Shown: piece after piece, positions 9,219-19,007 of the stretch | Layout of the letters: every line of letters begins with the position of its first letter | Position numbering within the stretch: the stretch's first letter is position 1 | From: Candidatus Bathyarchaeota archaeon B26-2 | Lineage (GTDB): Archaea > Thermoproteota > Bathyarchaeia > Bathyarchaeales > B26-1 | Assembly: GCA_001593935.1 (NCBI GenBank) | Contig: LUCE01000007.1 | Span: 1 to 55,278, forward strand | Direction: 5' to 3' | DNA length: 55,278 nt | Made by a program: the position numbers and the translations under genes | Notes under the pieces: model-generated | The model's database searches: none | Told to the model about the DNA's origin: nothing | Seen by the model: only the letters and a program-made list of their open reading frames with translations

Positions 9219-9497
9219 TCAGATTTTAGACTTTTTCTCAAGTCCGCATTCGCATGTTCCATGGCGAGCGATCTCTTCTCTGTGGCTTCGACATGGGCAG
9301 ATGTTGTCCCGGTCGTTCTCTGGAGCCCCTTTTACTTCTCGGCAGGGACAGTAGGCATAACCGTATTTCATCTTGTTCCTTGCTAACCCGACGATTATGT
9401 TCTCTACCACAACCTTGTCGTCGCGGGAACTGACCCTGTCACCGTAGACGCAGTTGGCGCCGCGGTGATGGGTATACCTCCAAGCACCGTTAAACAC
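9219..9497 (-). CDS. ferredoxin:thioredoxin reductase catalytic-subunit-like protein
   Basis: The segment VVENIIVGLARNK..GYAYCPCR..NICPCRSHREE..GTCECGL matches the FTR-beta CPC..CPC..CxC pattern. The N-terminal ~28 codons of the ATG-started ORF are antisense to a DUF362 remnant. An alternative GTG start at 9410 would give 63 aa. Confidence 0.55.
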   Translation of the reverse strand: MFNGAWRYTHHRGANCVYGDRVSSRDDKVVVENIIVGLARNKMKYGYAYCPCREVKGAPENDRDNICPCRSHREEIARHGTCECGLEKKSKI

Positions 9498-9632
9498 TTG
9501 CGCCTAGCGGAAGAGAGGAACCTCGGAACATGCGACTTGAACAAGATAGAGGTGGTAGGCGAACCCATAGAGAAGGTGAGAAGGAAGTTTAAAACTTCAT
9601 TCCTCTCGAAGATTCTTAGTCACCTAGGCTAG
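9387..9632 (+). pseudogene. 5'-truncated remnant of a DUF362-family gene (C-terminal ~75 codons only)
   Basis: The open frame reads ..NLVVAGTDPVTVDAVGAAVMGIPPSTVKHLRLAEERNLGTCDLNKIEVVGEPIEKVRRKF..*. This closely resembles the conserved C-terminus of DUF362 proteins. There is no start codon or N-terminal part, and upstream space is occupied by the opposite-strand gene. Confidence 0.4.
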
Positions 9633-9648
9633 TGTCATCATAGACGTA

Positions 9649-11547
9649 TCACATGAAGTCGGCTAAGTCTCTATGCATAGGCTTGTCGAAGGCTATACCC
9701 ATAGGTTTGAAGGTCTGGTTTAGGGCTGAGATTAGATTCTTAACGTAGTCGTCCACGTTCACTTCATGGAAACCTCTTACGAGGATGGTCGGCTTAACCG
9801 TGAAGGTCTTTCCCCTATACTTAAAGGGTTTAACCTTGACGAAGCGCACCTCCTCTCCTACCTTGACCCTCAACCCTGAGTCGATGAGTTGAACCGCGCA
9901 CTGATATGGTTGGTGGAGCGTCTCCGCCTCGACCCCCTTCTCGTAAGGGTCGAAGTGAAGCCTCACAGAGTATTCTAAGTCCTCTAAAGGGAGACGGCCG
10001 GCCTTCAAGTCGTTTATGGCTTCCCTCACTATCCTCCGGATTCTCTCCTTCGCCATCTCGAACTCAGCCCAGTTCCGGACATCCGTGAGCTCCCTGACGC
10101 ACCTCGTGAAGACCTTCTGGACGAGCTGGGGCGAGTTCGACTTTAAGGCTGTTAATCCCTTTATGTCGGGCGTCCCGTCGCTCTTTACGCCGAAGTAGGC
10201 CTTCATAGCCCTCGGTAAGACGCAGACTGAGTATCGTTTGTCCACGGCTAGGTCGAGGCGGAGCTCGTTCTTAACCTTCTTTATCAGAAAGTTCACAGCT
10301 TCCTCCGAAGGGTTGTCTAGGAAGAGGGAGTCCGTGTCTCCATAGAGCGGGTGAAGCCCCATCTCCGTCGCCATCCTCCAAGCCTCCTTGAGGGAGTACC
10401 TCCCATAGGCTGTTATCGATTCGGCTAGAGCAGGCTGAGCTAAGCCGCGTATCCTAACCGTTACGCCGTAACTCGCGACGAGTATGAGCTTGAGAAGCCT
10501 AGCCGCAGCCTCCGCCAATCTTCTCTCAGACTCCGATATCGAAGGGTCCCTGGAGAGAGGCTTGAACCATCTGATCCGTAGGTCCTTTAAGGCTCCTATC
10601 AGGACTGAATAGACTCCTCTCCTCCTTTTACAGACGTGGTGTTCTGTTCCCGGAACCTTGTTGTTCATGCATTCTGGGTGTCCGCAGTCCACGGTCTCGT
10701 ATGAGAGGTTGTAGGCGTCGATTAGGCTGGGGTATAGGCTCTCGAAGTCCACCACAACCGTGTTGAAGTACACTCCGCTCTCTGGAGGCATGGTTAGGCC
10801 TCCCTTAACCCTGTGGACTTCTTCTCCACGCCTCAGCTCTTCAGACCTCGGGATTAGGATGTTCTTCCTTCTTAGGAACGCGTGAAGCATCGATCTTATC
10901 CACGTGCTTACCCTTCTACTTGTGCTCGCAACCGGTATGGGAAGACTCGCAACCCTAGCCAACATGAAGGCCAAGTATAGGTCCTCTCGACTGATCTCTC
11001 CAGCTATACCGAGTTTGGCTGGAGACGCCTCAGGGATCGGCTGAGAACAGAGGGAGAACAATCTCTCGATTAGACCGTGCTTTTCGGGGTCTCTAGCCTT
11101 AACTTCCCTGAACCTCTCTTCGAAGAGGGGTTTAAGTTCGCGGGGAATCTCGTACGCAGGCGTTATCGAGTCTCCTCCGACCTTGTATGGCGCCCCGAAG
11201 GATAGATTATGGTCGTACGCGTATCCGAGCGGCGGGGGAACATCTCCCTCCCAAGACCTTTTGAAGCGCCTTGAGAGCCTCTGAACGGCTGAAGGGTCTT
11301 CCACCTCAACCTTCGTCAAGAGCCTAGAAGCCTCTGTGAAGAGATCCCTCTTCTCAGTAACTTGTGTTCTTCCACCCATAGACTCGATCGACGCCCTCGC
11401 TTCAGGGGTTAGAGGGTGCGGCAGGTAAAAGTAAGGCTTATACTCCTCATCTAAGACCTCTTTCACGGCGTCCTCTGAAGGGTCATAGAGGATCAGCCTC
11501 ACACCCTTAGAGGCGGCTTCGATGTCGGTGAGATAGCACACAGCCAA
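9649..11547 (-). CDS. polB: family B DNA polymerase, compact exonuclease-less form (PolB2/Dpo2-like)
   Basis: 632 aa with a TTG start. It has a PolB N-terminal signature (YLTDIEA..VRLILYD..KPYFYLPHP), motif A DFESLYPSLI, motif B variant KLILVASYGV and motif C YGDTDSLF. I found no ExoI/II/III motifs. Confidence 0.85.
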   Translation of the reverse strand: MAVCYLTDIEAASKGVRLILYDPSEDAVKEVLDEEYKPYFYLPHPLTPEARASIESMGGRTQVTEKRDLFTEASRLLTKVEVEDPSAVQRLSRRFKRSWEGDVPPPLGYAYDHNLSFGAPYKVGGDSITPAYEIPRELKPLFEERFREVKARDPEKHGLIERLFSLCSQPIPEASPAKLGIAGEISREDLYLAFMLARVASLPIPVASTSRRVSTWIRSMLHAFLRRKNILIPRSEELRRGEEVHRVKGGLTMPPESGVYFNTVVVDFESLYPSLIDAYNLSYETVDCGHPECMNNKVPGTEHHVCKRRRGVYSVLIGALKDLRIRWFKPLSRDPSISESERRLAEAAARLLKLILVASYGVTVRIRGLAQPALAESITAYGRYSLKEAWRMATEMGLHPLYGDTDSLFLDNPSEEAVNFLIKKVKNELRLDLAVDKRYSVCVLPRAMKAYFGVKSDGTPDIKGLTALKSNSPQLVQKVFTRCVRELTDVRNWAEFEMAKERIRRIVREAINDLKAGRLPLEDLEYSVRLHFDPYEKGVEAETLHQPYQCAVQLIDSGLRVKVGEEVRFVKVKPFKYRGKTFTVKPTILVRGFHEVNVDDYVKNLISALNQTFKPMGIAFDKPMHRDLADFM

Positions 11548-11677
11548 CCCAGACGCCCTTCCACATTAGTATAGATGCGTATCCAAGATAATTTGGTTTC
11601 CGTTGATCCGATTTAAACTCGCCTCAAAGTGAGGAAGCTTATAAGTTGGTTGGTGCGAATCTTTCTCTCGATGGGTT

Positions 11678-13096
11678 ATGGTTGAGCGGATCGGCATACT
11701 CGTTGTCTCGTACGGCTCTAGAGCCGCTGCCATGGTCGACGCCTTCTCTAGAAGCCAAGAATATGAGGCCGAACTTTACGTGGCCGACAAGCAGAGGAAC
11801 CCCTTCAACCTCAAGATGGCGAAGGAACACGTCGTCATCCCAAGCCTCGACTCCAAAGAGATCTTCAAGTTTGCCAAGAGACATAAGGAAGACTTGGACT
11901 TCGGGATAGTTGGGCCGGAGAAACCCATAATCGCGGGTGTTAGGGACCTGATTGAGGACGAACTGGGCATACCTATGATCTGTCCGACGAAGAGGTACGC
12001 CATCGAGGGAAGTAAGGTTGCCCAACGTCTCCTATTTGAAGAGGTTGCGCCGGAGGTTAATCCTAGGTTCAGAGTCTTCGACCCTAAGGATTACCGTAGC
12101 CTAGAGGATGTTAAACGCGACCTCTACAAGTGGCTCGACGAACTTGGGAACATGGTCGCCGTAAAACCTGACGCTCCGGCAGCTGGAAAGGGTGTAGGTG
12201 TCTGGGGTGACCACTTCAGGAGTAGAGAGGAACTGCTTGACCACTTCATGGCGAACTTCGAGGCTGGACCTGTCATAGTTGAGGAGAAACTCGAGGGTGA
12301 AGAGTCGAGCTTCCAAGCCCTTTGCGACGGGAAGCATCTAGTTCCTCTACCTGACACCCGAGATTATAAGAGAGCCTTTGACGGAGACCACGGCCCGAAC
12401 ACCGGAGGGATGGGCTCATACAAGGACAGAGGCGACACACTCCCCTTCATGAACGAGGTCGACAGAGAGAAGGAGAAACAAATCGTCGAGAGAATCTTCA
12501 CCAAGCTCAGAGGTGATGGGTATAATCCCGAACTGAGGGGCATACCCTTCTATGAGGCCTTCATACATACTGCTAAAGGTCCTATGATACTCGAGAACAA
12601 CAGTAGGCCTGGAGACCCAGAGATACAGAACATACTCCCAATCTTGAAGGATGACTTCATCGAGGTCTGTCTCCGCATGGTCGAGGGAACCCTAACCAGC
12701 GTCGAGGTTGAGAGGAAGGCGACGGTTGTGACGTATAAGGTTCCTCCGAACTACGGAGGGTACGCTGACACTTTCCCAGATAAGGTTAAGAAAGGAGAGG
12801 TTGGAACCCCTGTGGTCTTAACTGAAGCCGAGAACCTCAAAGCCAAGTATGGAGACGATATCCGTATCTATCCGGGCTCGATGGAGCTGAGAAACGGCGA
12901 GACGTACGCCTTGAGTTCTAGAACTGTCTGCGTCGTGGGAGTAGCCGAGACTATAGAGGATGCTAGGAACATCTCGCTGGAGGGCATAAGAGCCATAAAG
13001 GGCGGAGCGCTCTGGTATAGGACCGACATAGCCTCGAGGGAACACATCGAACAGAGCATAAGACACATGGAGAATCTGAGGAAAAAGAACCTCTAG
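11678..13096 (+). CDS. purD: phosphoribosylamine--glycine ligase
   Basis: 472 aa with the GARS N-domain and ATP-grasp signatures VKPDAPAAGKGV, NTGGMGSY and LENNSRPGDPE. Confidence 0.9.
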   Translation: MVERIGILVVSYGSRAAAMVDAFSRSQEYEAELYVADKQRNPFNLKMAKEHVVIPSLDSKEIFKFAKRHKEDLDFGIVGPEKPIIAGVRDLIEDELGIPMICPTKRYAIEGSKVAQRLLFEEVAPEVNPRFRVFDPKDYRSLEDVKRDLYKWLDELGNMVAVKPDAPAAGKGVGVWGDHFRSREELLDHFMANFEAGPVIVEEKLEGEESSFQALCDGKHLVPLPDTRDYKRAFDGDHGPNTGGMGSYKDRGDTLPFMNEVDREKEKQIVERIFTKLRGDGYNPELRGIPFYEAFIHTAKGPMILENNSRPGDPEIQNILPILKDDFIEVCLRMVEGTLTSVEVERKATVVTYKVPPNYGGYADTFPDKVKKGEVGTPVVLTEAENLKAKYGDDIRIYPGSMELRNGETYALSSRTVCVVGVAETIEDARNISLEGIRAIKGGALWYRTDIASREHIEQSIRHMENLRKKNL

Positions 13097-13151
13097 ACCT
13101 CTCCTAGAGTACACTGAGGATAACACTACCGTAGACACGTACCGAAGAGCC

Positions 13152-13454
13152 TCACTTTCCCTTTATCCGACGGCACCTGAAGATGACTGTTCCGCCCCCC
13201 GTGTAGGGTTCACCCGGGTCCACGCATTGTATGTAGGCTTCGTCAGGCGTCTTTGAGAGACCTAGCCCTCGAGGGTCCACACCCCGGTCTAAGGCGACTA
13301 CGTAATGGAGCAGAGGTGCTAAGGCATGGATGCAGACGGCGTCCGTCTTTTCGAGTACAATCTTCGGACCGTCGATCACGATCTTGTCTCCGACCTTAAA
13401 GACTGGACACTTCCCCCTTACCTCGTGAACCTCAATCTCGAACATCCTAGGCAC
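13152..13454 (-). CDS. small conserved protein, TIGR04076-like
   Basis: 100 aa. The pattern GKCPVFKVGD..CIHALAPLL..CVDPG..GGTVIFRCRR is reminiscent of the TIGR04076 family. Function unknown. Confidence 0.45.
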   Translation of the reverse strand: MPRMFEIEVHEVRGKCPVFKVGDKIVIDGPKIVLEKTDAVCIHALAPLLHYVVALDRGVDPRGLGLSKTPDEAYIQCVDPGEPYTGGGTVIFRCRRIKGK

Positions 13455-13572
13455 TTACTCCCAAAAGGAAGTTTACCCGTAACCGAAAAACCTCTTAGAC
13501 TCTTCTCCATCATATACTTTATGGAACCCTCGATTTAGCCCATCTGTCTCGGCTCGCGGGGAATGAGACCGT

Positions 13573-14211
13573 ATGATCGTCAAGAGGTTTACCGTTGGAC
13601 CCTTGGGGACAAACTGTTACATCGTTATCTGCGAAGACTCCAAGGAAGCGATAGTCATAGACCCGGGAATCCACGAAGACGAGTATGAGACCGTGTTGGA
13701 CAGGGTGATCAGAGATGTAAAGGTAAGGTATATCGTCAACACGCATGGCCACTTCGACCACATAATGGGTAACCGCGTCCTCAAGGAGAAGACAGGCGCA
13801 TCGATCATGATCCATCGTGCGGACCGCGCTATGTTGACCGACCCCTCACTGAACCTCTCGTGGATGCTCGGTCTCAGAATCGTCTCGCCCCCAACCGACA
13901 TCTTTCTGGAGGATGGAACAACCTTCGCGGTTGGAGATTATAGGTTTAAGGTTATACATACCCCGGGGCACAGTAGGGGAAGCATCTCGATCCTCGGCGA
14001 CGGTATAGTCTTCACCGGCGACACTTTATTCGCTGGATCAATCGGGAGAACAGACCTACCTGGTTCTTCCTTCAACGACTTGATACGGTCTCTCCTAGAT
14101 AGGTTGATGAGGTTGCCCGACGAGACCAAGGTCTACCCTGGACATGGACCCCAGTCACTGATAGGTGTGGAGAAACAGAACAACCCTTACATAAGGGCTG
14201 CTAGAATCTAG
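13573..14211 (+). CDS. MBL-fold metallo-hydrolase (glyoxalase II-like)
   Basis: 212 aa with the motifs NTHGHFDH, HTPGHS, GDTLF and PGHG. Confidence 0.8.
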   Translation: MIVKRFTVGPLGTNCYIVICEDSKEAIVIDPGIHEDEYETVLDRVIRDVKVRYIVNTHGHFDHIMGNRVLKEKTGASIMIHRADRAMLTDPSLNLSWMLGLRIVSPPTDIFLEDGTTFAVGDYRFKVIHTPGHSRGSISILGDGIVFTGDTLFAGSIGRTDLPGSSFNDLIRSLLDRLMRLPDETKVYPGHGPQSLIGVEKQNNPYIRAARI

Positions 14212-14270
14212 CAACAAAATTTTTAGGGTAAAGAACCTCTGAGTAATCACGAAGAGAGGCGATCCTCGAG

Positions 14271-15095
14271 ATGGAGATGACGAGAGAACTTCTCAAGATC
14301 GACTTTAAGGAGGAGACGGAGAGAATTCTGGAGTTCATAAAGAAGGTAGTGAAGGATGCTGGAGCCCGAGGAGTCGTCTTGGGACTGAGCGGAGGAGTCG
14401 ACAGCAGCCTGACGGCTGCCCTCTGCGTTAAGGCTTTAGGCAAGGACAAGGTTCTAGGCATACTCATGCCCACGAACTTCACGCCTAAAGAGGACGTTGA
14501 GGACGCCCTTGAACTCGCCAAGATGCTGGGAATCCGCACAGAGACCGTCAAAATCGACGGGATAAGTGAGGCGTTCTTCAAGCATCTGAAGATCGACCCG
14601 TGCGACCCGAAGATGAGGATGCCGATGGCCAACATACGAGCGAGGATAAGGATGGTAATCCTCTACTACTACGCAAACCTGAATAACTACCTCGTCGCGG
14701 GAACAGGAGATAGAAGCGAATCCCTGATTGGATACTTCACGAAGTATGGGGATGGAGGCGTCGACTTCCTACCAATCTGCCACCTGTATAAGACTCAGGT
14801 TAGGGAGCTCGCCAGACACCTAGGCGTGCCAGAGAAGATAGCCTACAAACCGAGCAGCCCCCAGCTTTATCCAGGCCATAAGGCTACAGACGAGATACCG
14901 ATAGACTACGATAAGCTCGACCTCGTGCTGGTTGGGCTCTTCGACCTAAAGATGAAGCCAGAAGAGGTTAGCAGAGCCGTCGGCGTCCCTCTAAAAGTAG
15001 TTAGGGATGTTCTACACCGCTTCGAAAGGACCATGCATAAGCGTGCATTTCCGCCCAAAATCGAGTTGACAGATGTTGCGACTTCATCATCTTGA
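14271..15095 (+). CDS. nadE: NH3-dependent NAD+ synthetase
   Basis: 274 aa with the PP-loop GLSGGVDSS, and also GTGDRSE and YFTKYGDGG. Confidence 0.85.
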   Translation: MEMTRELLKIDFKEETERILEFIKKVVKDAGARGVVLGLSGGVDSSLTAALCVKALGKDKVLGILMPTNFTPKEDVEDALELAKMLGIRTETVKIDGISEAFFKHLKIDPCDPKMRMPMANIRARIRMVILYYYANLNNYLVAGTGDRSESLIGYFTKYGDGGVDFLPICHLYKTQVRELARHLGVPEKIAYKPSSPQLYPGHKATDEIPIDYDKLDLVLVGLFDLKMKPEEVSRAVGVPLKVVRDVLHRFERTMHKRAFPPKIELTDVATSSS

Positions 15096-15101
15096 GACGG
15101 A

Positions 15102-16298
15102 CTATTGGACCTGTATCATCCGCCACTCTCTGTAGTCCGTTATGACCTTTAAGTAGCCTCTAAGCATCTCGTCGACATCCGGGTCCCCCGTATCGACCCT
15201 CAAGACCCCTCCCTCGATATTCTGTATCTTTCCCTTGGTCGCTAAGACAATTATCCGCTCTTTTCCGACAGCCTTGATAACGTTGGGGCTTATCTGCTGG
15301 TTTCCACGCCCAAAGAGCATACCTTGACGCCCTATCGGCGAGACCACTATCCAAACCTTCTTGACGCCCTTGATCTCCCGGAGTATTGTCCTCTCATCTA
15401 CATCCTTGAGGACTGAGCCTCCTCGGTACAAGTCGACTCCTAGAACGGTCTTGTCGACCCCGAGTAGGTCGGCAACCTTCTTGACGGTTGTTCCAGGCCC
15501 GAGCACATATACGCCTTCGGGGTCCATCTCCTCTACCACAAACCTAGCTATCGCCAGCTGGTTCTCAGACTCCTCTAGGGTCTCAGGGGTAGCCTGCTTA
15601 CTTCCGACGAGGCGCATCGGGACGAAGGGGCCTCTCAAGAACCCGTAGAGCCTTATGGAGAGCCTGTCCCTCCTGAAAGCGTCTTCGTCGATGTCCATCA
15701 CCTCGAAGTCCATCATGTCAGCTTGACGTTTTATTACGGCATCAACGATGTCAGCCGCGTCTGAAGGGCTTGCCGCGAAGACCCCACTGTACATCTTGAC
15801 GCCCGAGGGAACCCCCAAGACGGGTATACTGTCCATTTTCCGCATCGCGTCGAGGATGTCTCTAGCTGTTCCGTCTCCGCCGACGAAGACCAATAGGTCT
15901 ACCGCCAGCTCGACCATAAGCCTAACAGCCGCCTTCGTGTCCTCCGCAGTCGTCTTAGCCTTCACCTCCATGGGCAGAACCTCAGCTGAGAAACCGGCTG
16001 ACGCCGTCTCGTATTCACCCATGAGCCCTGGGCACGTCACGACCTCAACCGAGGGCTCCAACCCTAGACTTCGAAGCCTCCTCAGAAACTCGACGGCTCT
16101 CCTCGGCGAGACCGGTTCAGCCCCTCTAGCTATGGCCTCTTCTAGAGCGTCTCCGTCCGTCCCTTTAAGCCCAACTCTCCCACCCATGCCAGCTATCGGA
16201 TTCACCACGAAGCCAAGCCTCAACATAACCGGTACCAGCTGCTGAGACCCCTCATCAATCGTATGGAGAGTTAGGTAGCTCTTATATATCTCACACAA
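15102..16298 (-). CDS. ATP-NAD kinase family protein (COG3199-like)
   Basis: Contains GFVVNPIAGMGGRVGLKGTDG and the GGDGT motif. The probable true start is the internal MLRLGF at 16226. Confidence 0.7.
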   Translation of the reverse strand: MCEIYKSYLTLHTIDEGSQQLVPVMLRLGFVVNPIAGMGGRVGLKGTDGDALEEAIARGAEPVSPRRAVEFLRRLRSLGLEPSVEVVTCPGLMGEYETASAGFSAEVLPMEVKAKTTAEDTKAAVRLMVELAVDLLVFVGGDGTARDILDAMRKMDSIPVLGVPSGVKMYSGVFAASPSDAADIVDAVIKRQADMMDFEVMDIDEDAFRRDRLSIRLYGFLRGPFVPMRLVGSKQATPETLEESENQLAIARFVVEEMDPEGVYVLGPGTTVKKVADLLGVDKTVLGVDLYRGGSVLKDVDERTILREIKGVKKVWIVVSPIGRQGMLFGRGNQQISPNVIKAVGKERIIVLATKGKIQNIEGGVLRVDTGDPDVDEMLRGYLKVITDYREWRMIQVQ

Positions 16299-16321
16299 CT
16301 TCCAGCTTCTCGAGGTTAGGT

Positions 16322-17392
16322 TTGATGTATGCCGTTGTCAAGGGGTGGAGGGGACCTGGAGCCGAGATAAGGTCTGTAGAGACCCCTAAGATCGGTAGAG
16401 ACGAGGTCTTGGTTGAGGTTAAGGCTTTATCGATCTGCGGAACGGACGTCCACATATGGAATTGGGATAGTTGGGCTAGGAACCGCGTTAAGAAGATTCC
16501 TCTGATATTTGGCCACGAGTTCGCCGGGAAGGTCGTCGAGGTCGGCTCCGACGTTACGACGGTTGAGGTCGGGGACATGGTCTCGGCTGAGACCCACATC
16601 GTGGATGGAACATGCTACCAGTGCAGGACCGACCGCATGCACGTCTGCCGAGACATGAAGATTTTAGGCGTTGATACTGACGGCGTCTTCGCCGAGTACG
16701 TAGCCGTCCCAAAGAGGAACATCTGGAAGAACGACCCCAAACTTGACCCTTTTCTGATGGCTCTTCAAGAACCCCTGGGAAACGCCGTCCAGACCGTTCT
16801 CCCGAAAGACCACGTCGAGGATGTAGCCGGCAAGAACGTAGCCGTCCTAGGATGTGGACCAACCGGCCTCATGGCCATAGCCATCTTGAGGGAGATCGGG
16901 GCGGCGAAGGTCTTCGCGACGGCTGGCGGCCTCAATAAGGTTCGTCTGGAGTTGGCTAAGAAGATGGGAGCCGACCTCGTCCTAAGCGCGGCGGAAGAGG
17001 GCGAAAAGATCGTGAAGACAATTCTAGACGAGACCGATGGGAACGGGGTTGATGTCGTGCTGGAGATGTCCGGCAGCCCAACAGCCCTTAAGCAGGCGTT
17101 TGAGATACTGACTCCGGGCGGGAGAATCTCCCTCCTCGGAATCTTTAAGGGTCCAGTGACGCTCGATGTGACGAACGGCATAGTCTTCAAGGCCGCAACC
17201 GTTTATGGGATAACCGGACGTCGGATGTTCCAGACGTGGTACCAGGTGAGAGGCCTCCTTTCTAGACCTGGGTTCAGGGAGAAGCTCGCCTCGATAATAA
17301 CTCATAAGGTTCCGGTGAGAGATATAGCCAGAGGCATAGACCTCCTCAACAATAAGGAGGCAGCGAAGGTCGCCCTCGACCCGAAGTGGTAA
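16322..17392 (+). CDS. tdh: L-threonine 3-dehydrogenase (Zn-dependent)
   Basis: 356 aa, a medium-chain Zn-ADH with CGTDVH and GHEFAG. It lies directly upstream of kbl. Confidence 0.85.
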   Translation: MMYAVVKGWRGPGAEIRSVETPKIGRDEVLVEVKALSICGTDVHIWNWDSWARNRVKKIPLIFGHEFAGKVVEVGSDVTTVEVGDMVSAETHIVDGTCYQCRTDRMHVCRDMKILGVDTDGVFAEYVAVPKRNIWKNDPKLDPFLMALQEPLGNAVQTVLPKDHVEDVAGKNVAVLGCGPTGLMAIAILREIGAAKVFATAGGLNKVRLELAKKMGADLVLSAAEEGEKIVKTILDETDGNGVDVVLEMSGSPTALKQAFEILTPGGRISLLGIFKGPVTLDVTNGIVFKAATVYGITGRRMFQTWYQVRGLLSRPGFREKLASIITHKVPVRDIARGIDLLNNKEAAKVALDPKW

Positions 17393-17407
17393 AATTAAAA
17401 GAGGGCT

Positions 17408-18631
17408 TTGAAGAAATTAGAGGTTGTGATCCGTATGAAGAGGAATCCGACTGCTTTCTTGAGGGAGGAGTACGAGAAACTTGTCGAAGAGGGTTTGGAG
17501 TGGAGACTTAAGGTCTTACAGTCAGCCAGCCAGCCTTGGTGCATAGTGGACGGGAAGAGGGTTCTGATGCTCTGCTCGAACAACTACCTCAGCCTATGCA
17601 ACCATCCGGAGGTTAAGAGAGCGGCGATAGAGGCCGTAGAGAAATACGGGGCAGGAGCGGGCTCCGACAGGTCTATAGCCGGCAACCTGGACCTCCACCG
17701 TGAACTCGAGAGGAAGCTCGCCGAGTTCAAACGGGCCCCCGCTTCCCTAGTATACCAGACGGGTTTCATGGCTAACGAGGGGCTTATCCCCCAGCTCGTC
17801 GGCAGAGGAGACCTCATCGTCAGCGACGAACTCAACCACGGCTCGATCATCGACGGTGTTAGGCTCTCACGCGCCGACAGAGCCATATACAAACACTGTG
17901 ACATGGAGGACTTGGAGCGAATCCTAGACGAGGCTGAGAAACACGACCCTCCGTATAGGCGCATCTTGATAATCACGGACGGCGTCTTCTCGATGGACGG
18001 GGATATAGCCCCGCTGGACGAGATATCTAAGCTCGGAGCTGAGCACGGGGCCATGGTGTACGTCGATGACGCCCACGGGGAGGGCGTCTTGGGGGAGGGC
18101 GGACGAGGAATAGTCTCCCACTTCAACCTGAGCCGCGATGAGGTTCACGTAGAGATGGGAACCTTCTCAAAGGCTTACGGCGTCATAGGCGGACATATAA
18201 CTGGGAGCGAGGACCTCTACAAGTTCGCCTACAACAAGTCGAGGACATGGCTCCTCTCAGCATCGAACACTCCCGCGGACACAGCTGCTTGTATAGCGGC
18301 GATAGAGGTTATGGAGAAGGAGCCTCAAAGGGTTCAGAGGCTCTGGAAGAACACGGAGTACTTCAAGAAGGCTGTGCAGGACTTAGGGTTCAATACCGGT
18401 AAGACCCAGACCCCGATAATTCCAGTTATAGTCGGTGAGAACATGTTGGCGAAGAGGCTTAGCGACGAACTCTTCGAGAGGGGAATCTTCGTCTTCCCAA
18501 TAACCTACCCGATGGTTCCCAGAGGGACGGCGCGCGTCAGGATACAGATGAACGCCGAGCTGAGCAGGGAGGACCTAGACTTCGCGATAGAGAACCTTGA
18601 AACCGTCGGTAAGGAACTGGGCATAATCTAA
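17408..18631 (+). CDS. kbl: 2-amino-3-ketobutyrate CoA ligase (glycine C-acetyltransferase)
   Basis: 407 aa, a PLP-dependent alpha-oxoamine synthase with DDAHG and TFSKA. Adjacency to tdh favours Kbl over BioF. Confidence 0.8.
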   Translation: MKKLEVVIRMKRNPTAFLREEYEKLVEEGLEWRLKVLQSASQPWCIVDGKRVLMLCSNNYLSLCNHPEVKRAAIEAVEKYGAGAGSDRSIAGNLDLHRELERKLAEFKRAPASLVYQTGFMANEGLIPQLVGRGDLIVSDELNHGSIIDGVRLSRADRAIYKHCDMEDLERILDEAEKHDPPYRRILIITDGVFSMDGDIAPLDEISKLGAEHGAMVYVDDAHGEGVLGEGGRGIVSHFNLSRDEVHVEMGTFSKAYGVIGGHITGSEDLYKFAYNKSRTWLLSASNTPADTAACIAAIEVMEKEPQRVQRLWKNTEYFKKAVQDLGFNTGKTQTPIIPVIVGENMLAKRLSDELFERGIFVFPITYPMVPRGTARVRIQMNAELSREDLDFAIENLETVGKELGII

Positions 18632-18649
18632 AAGGGCACACAGGAGCAA

Positions 18650-18681
18650 GAGGGGCAAGACCCCTCCCTCTCCCAATTTTT
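18650..18681 (+). terminator. hairpin plus T5 tract after kbl
   Basis: The stem gAGGGG-caaga-CCCCTc (18650-18666) is followed by a pyrimidine-rich run and TTTTT (18677-18681). Confidence 0.35.
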
Positions 18682-18737
18682 AAGGAAAATAATTTTAAGT
18701 GAAGCTGACGACTTAAAGGTTGAGAGGGTGAGTTTGG

Positions 18738-19007
18738 ATGTCTGAGAGGGAGCTGAAAGAAGTCGGGGTTATAACCCACTATTTCACGAGGATCAGCGTC
18801 GCCGTGGTCGAACTGAAGGACACGCTCAGCGTAGGCGATAAGATACTTATAAGCGGCGCAACCACGAACTTCGAGCAGACCGTTGAGTCGATGCAGATAC
18901 AACACAAGAACGTGGAAACCGCGACGAGCGGCCAGAGCGTAGGTTTAAAGGTTAAAGAGAGAGTTAGAGAAGGAGACAGAGTATATAAGATCGTCTCGAA
19001 AGATTAA
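18738..19007 (+). CDS. translation elongation factor-like small protein (EF-Tu domain-2-like beta barrel)
   Basis: 89 aa. The sequence VITHYFTRISVAVVEL..LSVGDKILISG..TNFEQTVESMQIQHKNVE..GQSVGLKV..REGDRVYK matches this small conserved family. Confidence 0.6.
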   Translation: MSERELKEVGVITHYFTRISVAVVELKDTLSVGDKILISGATTNFEQTVESMQIQHKNVETATSGQSVGLKVKERVREGDRVYKIVSKD

